Positions 28,531-32,000 of a stretch of DNA of 32,000 bases are shown piece after piece; the stretch's first letter is position 1; each line of letters opens with the position of its first letter. The stretch is from NCBI RefSeq assembly GCF_001598795.1, contig NZ_BCZP01000001.1:270001-302000 (forward strand), given 5' to 3'. The notes below the pieces were generated by a model. It was not told the origin of the DNA. It did not search any database and worked only from the letters and a program-made list of their open reading frames with translations. The DNA comes from Delftia acidovorans NBRC 14950 (lineage in GTDB: Bacteria; Pseudomonadota; Gammaproteobacteria; Burkholderiales; Burkholderiaceae_C). Position numbers and translations under genes: made by a program.

Positions 28531-28607
28531 GCGTGACGGGGTTGTGGCCGCCGGGTGGTGCATTTTTTGGGTACAGGGTCTCAAAGCAGACAAGCAGGTG
28601 ATTGATC

Positions 28608-29324
28608 ATGAATGACGATCTGACGAAGCGCGAACAATTGTCGGCATTGGCTGATGGTGAACTCTCTGCCGCAGAGTTGCAGGCCGTGCTGGCCTATGCG
28701 GAAAGCGATGCAGGCCAGCAGGAGTGGCGCATGTACCACCTCGTGGGCGATGTGCTGCGTTCCCCGGAATTGGCGCATCACAGCCGGCACGATGTGCTCT
28801 CCGGAATCCGCGCCCAACTGGCCAACGAGCCTCGCCGTCCGCTGGTTTCCGTGGCCACTGAAGAGCTGGCGCAAATTGCGCATCCGGCGCAGGACCGGGC
28901 TGTGATCAATGGAGCGCCGCTGCGCGATGCGGCCAATGCCTCGGTATTTCGCTGGAAGATGGCGGCGGGCTTTGCCTCCGTGGCGGCCGTGGCTGCCATT
29001 GGCTGGAGCGTGATGCTGGGCGCGCCTGCGGGTCCCGGCGCGGCGCCGGGCCGGGCCCTGGCGGCTCTTGAGACGGGTGCTCCGTCGGCGCCGGTTGCGG
29101 TGGCTGGCAATGCCCAGGACTTCCCGCTTGGCGATACGGCCCAGTCTTCCTCGGTCGTGGCGGTGGCCGGACCCTACGGGCAGAGCGTGATGCTGCGTGA
29201 TCCGCGCCTGGATGCGCTGCTGGCCTCCCATCCGCAATACAGCGGGCCGGCCACGTTGCAGATGCCTGCCAGCTTCTTGCGCAACGCCAACTTCGCCTCG
29301 GCACCGCGCGCCAACCAGCGCTGA
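28608..29324 (+). CDS. rseA: Anti-sigma-E factor RseA/MucA-like
   Basis: From ORF 28602..29324, where 28602 is a TTG; the ATG is at 28608. It has an RseA_N-like N-terminus (LSALADGELS...WRMYHLVGDVLR), a central TM segment (MAAGFASVAAVAAIGWSVML) and a periplasmic tail. Confidence 0.75.
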   Translation: MNDDLTKREQLSALADGELSAAELQAVLAYAESDAGQQEWRMYHLVGDVLRSPELAHHSRHDVLSGIRAQLANEPRRPLVSVATEELAQIAHPAQDRAVINGAPLRDAANASVFRWKMAAGFASVAAVAAIGWSVMLGAPAGPGAAPGRALAALETGAPSAPVAVAGNAQDFPLGDTAQSSSVVAVAGPYGQSVMLRDPRLDALLASHPQYSGPATLQMPASFLRNANFASAPRANQR

Positions 29325-29360
29325 ATCTCACAGGAGAGCATTGCTCTTCTGCTTTCTTTT

Positions 29361-29403
29361 GCACCCGCGTCCAGCCTTTCGGCATTGAAATGGACGCGGG
29401 TGC
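29361..29403 (+). repeat. 13-bp perfect inverted repeat (hairpin) in the rseA-mucD spacer
   Basis: GCACCCGCGTCCA (29361..29373), a 17-nt loop, then TGGACGCGGGTGC (29391..29403). No U-tract follows on either strand. Confidence 0.85.
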
Positions 29404-29628
29404 GGTCATTTGTGCTCCATGCACGGCGGCCCGCGCCCCATGCATGCTGCCGATTCGGGAACTAACCGCGTCTTTCAGGCTTCTGAGCCATCGTCTGGCC
29501 GATGCTCGCCAGGACTGCGCCAGAATGTGACGTTCGTCCGAAAGCAAGTCGGCTGCCATGTGTCCGAACAAACCGCCTGGGCGCGATGGCGTCGGGGCAA
29601 CGTAATGATTGAGATGGAAAGGATGACC

Positions 29629-31101
29629 ATGACCACTGTTCGATGGAAGACGCTGCAGTCCTGCACACTGGCCGGCGTTCTTGCGCTGGCTGCAGGCAGC
29701 GCAGGAATGCTGATGCCGGTGAGTGCCGCCCATGCGCAAAGTGGCGCCGTGGTGCGGGGGCTGCCGGATTTCACCGATCTGGTCGAGCAGGTCGGCCCGT
29801 CCGTGGTCAACATCCGCACGTTGGAGAAGGTGTCGGCCAACTCTGCCGAGGCGCTGGGCATGGATGAGGACATGCTCGAATTCTTCCGCCGCTTCGGCCT
29901 GCCCGTGCCCAATGTGCCGCGCCAGCGCCCACAGCCGCGTTCGCAGCCTGACGAGGAGCAGCCGCGCGGAGTGGGTTCCGGCTTCATCCTGACGGCCGAT
30001 GGCTTTGTGATGACCAATGCCCACGTGGTCGAAGGCGCTGACGAAGTCATCGTCACGCTGACCGACAAGCGCGAGTTCAAGGCCAAGATCGTGGGCAGCG
30101 ACAAGCGCACCGACGTGGCCGTGGTCAAGATCGACGCCACAGGGCTGCCGGCCGTGAAGATCGGCGATGTGAACCGCCTCAAGGTCGGCGAGTGGGTGAT
30201 GGCCATCGGCTCGCCCTTCGGCCTCGACAACTCCGTCACGGCGGGCATTGTCAGTGCCAAGCAGCGCGATACGGGCGACTATCTGCCGTTCATCCAGACC
30301 GATGTGGCCATCAACCCCGGCAACTCCGGCGGTCCGTTGCTGAATATGCGCGGCGAAGTCGTGGGCATCAACAGCCAGATCTATTCGCGCTCCGGCGGCT
30401 TCATGGGTATCAGCTTCGCGATTCCGATCGATGAGGCCGTGCGTGTCAGCGACCAGTTGCGCGCCACCGGCAAGGTCACGCGAGGCCGCATTGGCGTGCA
30501 GATCGGTCCGGTCACCAAGGACATTGCCGAATCCATTGGCCTGGGCAAGGCGCAGGGAGCACTGGTTTCGGCCGTCGAGCCGGATTCGCCCGCTGCCAAG
30601 GCGGGCGTCGAGGCCGGTGACGTGATCATCAAGTTCGACGGCAAGGCCATCGACAAGGTGGCCGACCTGCCGCGCCTGGTGGGCAATACCAAGCCCGGCA
30701 CACGCAGCACCATCACCGTCTTCCGTCGCGGCGCAGCCAAGGATCTGACCATGGTGATCGCCGAGGTCGAGCCCGACGGCGCGGCTCCGCAGGCCAAGGC
30801 CACCGGCAAGGGCAGCACCCTGGTTTCCCAGCCGCTGGGCCTGACGCTGGCCGAGCTCACGGATGCCCAGAAGAAGGAGCTGGGCATCAAGGGCGGCGTG
30901 CGCGTGACGGCGGCCGTCGAGGCTGCGGCACGTGCGGGCCTGCGCGAAGGCGACGTGATCCTGCAACTGGCCAATGTCGAGATCACGGGGCTCAAGAGCT
31001 TCGAGGCCACGCTGGCCAAGGTGGACAAGAGCAAGCCCGTGAACCTGCTGGTGCGCCGTGGGGAATGGGCACAGTACGTGCTGATCCGTCCGACTCGCTG
31101 A
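29629..31101 (+). CDS. mucD: Do/DegQ/MucD-family periplasmic serine endoprotease (trypsin domain plus two PDZ domains)
   Basis: From ORF 29410..31101. The start is ATG 29629 (GGAAAGGA upstream) or 29623. It has a signal peptide ending AAHAQS. The catalytic triad contexts are TNAHVV, DVAVVKI and GNSGGPL. Confidence 0.9.
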   Translation: MTTVRWKTLQSCTLAGVLALAAGSAGMLMPVSAAHAQSGAVVRGLPDFTDLVEQVGPSVVNIRTLEKVSANSAEALGMDEDMLEFFRRFGLPVPNVPRQRPQPRSQPDEEQPRGVGSGFILTADGFVMTNAHVVEGADEVIVTLTDKREFKAKIVGSDKRTDVAVVKIDATGLPAVKIGDVNRLKVGEWVMAIGSPFGLDNSVTAGIVSAKQRDTGDYLPFIQTDVAINPGNSGGPLLNMRGEVVGINSQIYSRSGGFMGISFAIPIDEAVRVSDQLRATGKVTRGRIGVQIGPVTKDIAESIGLGKAQGALVSAVEPDSPAAKAGVEAGDVIIKFDGKAIDKVADLPRLVGNTKPGTRSTITVFRRGAAKDLTMVIAEVEPDGAAPQAKATGKGSTLVSQPLGLTLAELTDAQKKELGIKGGVRVTAAVEAAARAGLREGDVILQLANVEITGLKSFEATLAKVDKSKPVNLLVRRGEWAQYVLIRPTR

Positions 31102-31102
31102 G

Positions 31103-31124
31103 GCCGCAGGGGAGGGCGGTTTTT
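31103..31124 (+). terminator. Weak terminator-like hairpin plus T5 just after mucD
   Basis: GCCGC-aggggagg-GCGGT forms 5 bp including one G-U pair, followed by TTTT. It is marginal. Confidence 0.3.
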
Positions 31125-31310
31125 CGGGTCCTGGGGAATACCCTCGGAATCCTGACCCGGAGCCGCCCATGCCCCTTGGGGCATTGGGTAAAATGCCCCA
31201 CCAAAGCGTGACGGCTCAAGGCGTCAGAAACCTGTTTTCAAAGGGGATTGTTGCGGTGCAAAAGCACCGCACTATCCGGTGATCGACGGGCGAGAAATGG
31301 CTCGGCGGTT

Positions 31311-31332
31311 CTGTTGATAAACTGTTGATAAA
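31311..31332 (+). repeat. Perfect tandem 11-mer (ctgttgataaa x2) in an AT-rich patch
   Basis: Copies lie at 31311..31321 and 31322..31332, followed by taattgtgacag. Confidence 0.9.
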
Positions 31333-31378
31333 TAATTGTGACAGATCAAGCCCGGACCTTTGCAGGCCTTGTCAGGGC

Positions 31379-31406
31379 TTGGTTTTCAGCCCGTTTTGCC
31401 TACAAT
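31379..31406 (+). promoter_or_regulatory. Sigma-70-like promoter candidate TTGGTT-N16-TACAAT upstream of lepA
   Basis: TTGGTT (31379..31384), a 16-nt spacer, then TACAAT (31401..31406). Confidence 0.4.
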
Positions 31407-31446
31407 AAAGTCCCAACTATCGCAGTTGCCAGAGATTGTTGGTTCG

Positions 31447-31477
31447 GGGCGCGTCGTTCATGGACGCGCCCTTTTTT
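31447..31477 (+). terminator. Strong intrinsic terminator-like hairpin 52 nt upstream of the lepA ATG
   Basis: GGGCGCGTC (31447..31455), a 7-nt loop, GACGCGCCC (31463..31471), then TTTTTT (31472..31477). It is plus-strand specific. Confidence 0.65.
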
Positions 31478-31529
31478 CTTGCGCGCCGGCCCTGTCGTTT
31501 TCCACTTTCACTAGCAGTCCTTCCCGTTG

Positions 31530-32000
31530 ATGAACCACATCAGAAATTTTTCCATCATTGCGCACATCGACCATGGCAAGTCGACGCTGGCTGACCGCCT
31601 CATCCAGCGTTGCGGAGGCTTGGCTGACCGTGACATGGAAGCCCAGGTGCTGGACTCGATGGATATCGAGAAAGAGCGCGGCATCACCATCAAGGCGCAG
31701 ACCGCAGCCCTGCAGTACAAGGCCAAGGATGGCCAGGTCTACAACCTCAACCTCATCGACACACCCGGCCACGTTGACTTCTCGTATGAAGTCTCGCGTT
31801 CGCTGTCCGCCTGCGAGGGAGCGCTGCTGGTGGTGGACGCCTCGCAGGGCGTCGAGGCGCAGACCGTGGCCAACTGCTACACCGCGCTGGAACTCGGCGT
31901 GGAAGTGACGGCTGTTCTCAACAAGATGGATCTGCCCCAGGCCGATCCCGAAAATGCCAGGGCCGAGATCGAGGATGTCATCGGCATCGATGCCAGCGAC
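31530..32000 (+). CDS. lepA: Elongation factor 4 (LepA), 5' part; runs off the window
   Basis: It is absent from the ORF track, probably because no stop lies in the window. Translation from ATG 31530 reads [26 protein letters not shown]...[17 protein letters not shown]...NKMDLP. The G1, G3 and G4 GTPase motifs are intact. Confidence 0.95.
   Translation, partial: MNHIRNFSIIAHIDHGKSTLADRLIQRCGGLADRDMEAQVLDSMDIEKERGITIKAQTAALQYKAKDGQVYNLNLIDTPGHVDFSYEVSRSLSACEGALLVVDASQGVEAQTVANCYTALELGVEVTAVLNKMDLPQADPENARAEIEDVIGIDASD

Noticed and set aside
28906-31170. 754-aa ORF on the minus strand
   Set aside because: It is antisense to mucD and the rseA 3' end. It is a shadow ORF.
31311-31345. CTGT...ACAG resembling a LexA box
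   Set aside because: The spacing between CTGT (31322) and ACAG (31341) is 15 nt, not 8, so it is not an SOS box.

Overview
This is a high-GC (roughly 65% by eye) chromosomal segment. The gene order is: leuA, an AraC-family regulator, an ECF sigma module, a DMT transporter, dinB, an Aer-like MCP, queF, a prolyl-hydroxylase-like oxygenase, yaaA, rne divergent from rluC, a HAD-Rieske-sppA group, a methyltransferase-maf pair divergent from yceD-rpmF-plsX-fabH-fabD-fabG-acpP-fabF, then a ygfX-like gene, rpoE, rseA, mucD and lepA. This order is typical of Burkholderiales and looks most like Comamonadaceae. That assignment is inferred from synteny and protein sequences; no search was run. I call 31 protein-coding genes, nearly all recognisable housekeeping functions. 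I see no rRNA, tRNA, CRISPR array, transposase, integrase, phage gene or defence-type gene. Because of the GC content, almost every real gene is shadowed by long antisense or off-frame ORFs in the track, and I rejected those. I do not see a convincing novel multi-gene system, so this reads as an ordinary core region. The observations most worth a second look are small in scale. (1) An ECF sigma / RskA-type anti-sigma / DUF3455 lipoprotein module has a divergent intergenic region with a mirror-image pair of ATCC-N16-CGTATT motifs. (2) A YgfX/CptA-like membrane protein gene abuts rpoE. (3) The rpoE cluster lacks rseB and has a 13-bp perfect hairpin in its place. (4) The 430-nt mucD-lepA spacer is structured, with a promoter-like element followed by a strong intrinsic terminator just upstream of lepA. 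(5) An SOS box covers the first ATG of dinB. All function calls rest on my recognition of motifs in the translations and were not confirmed by any search.
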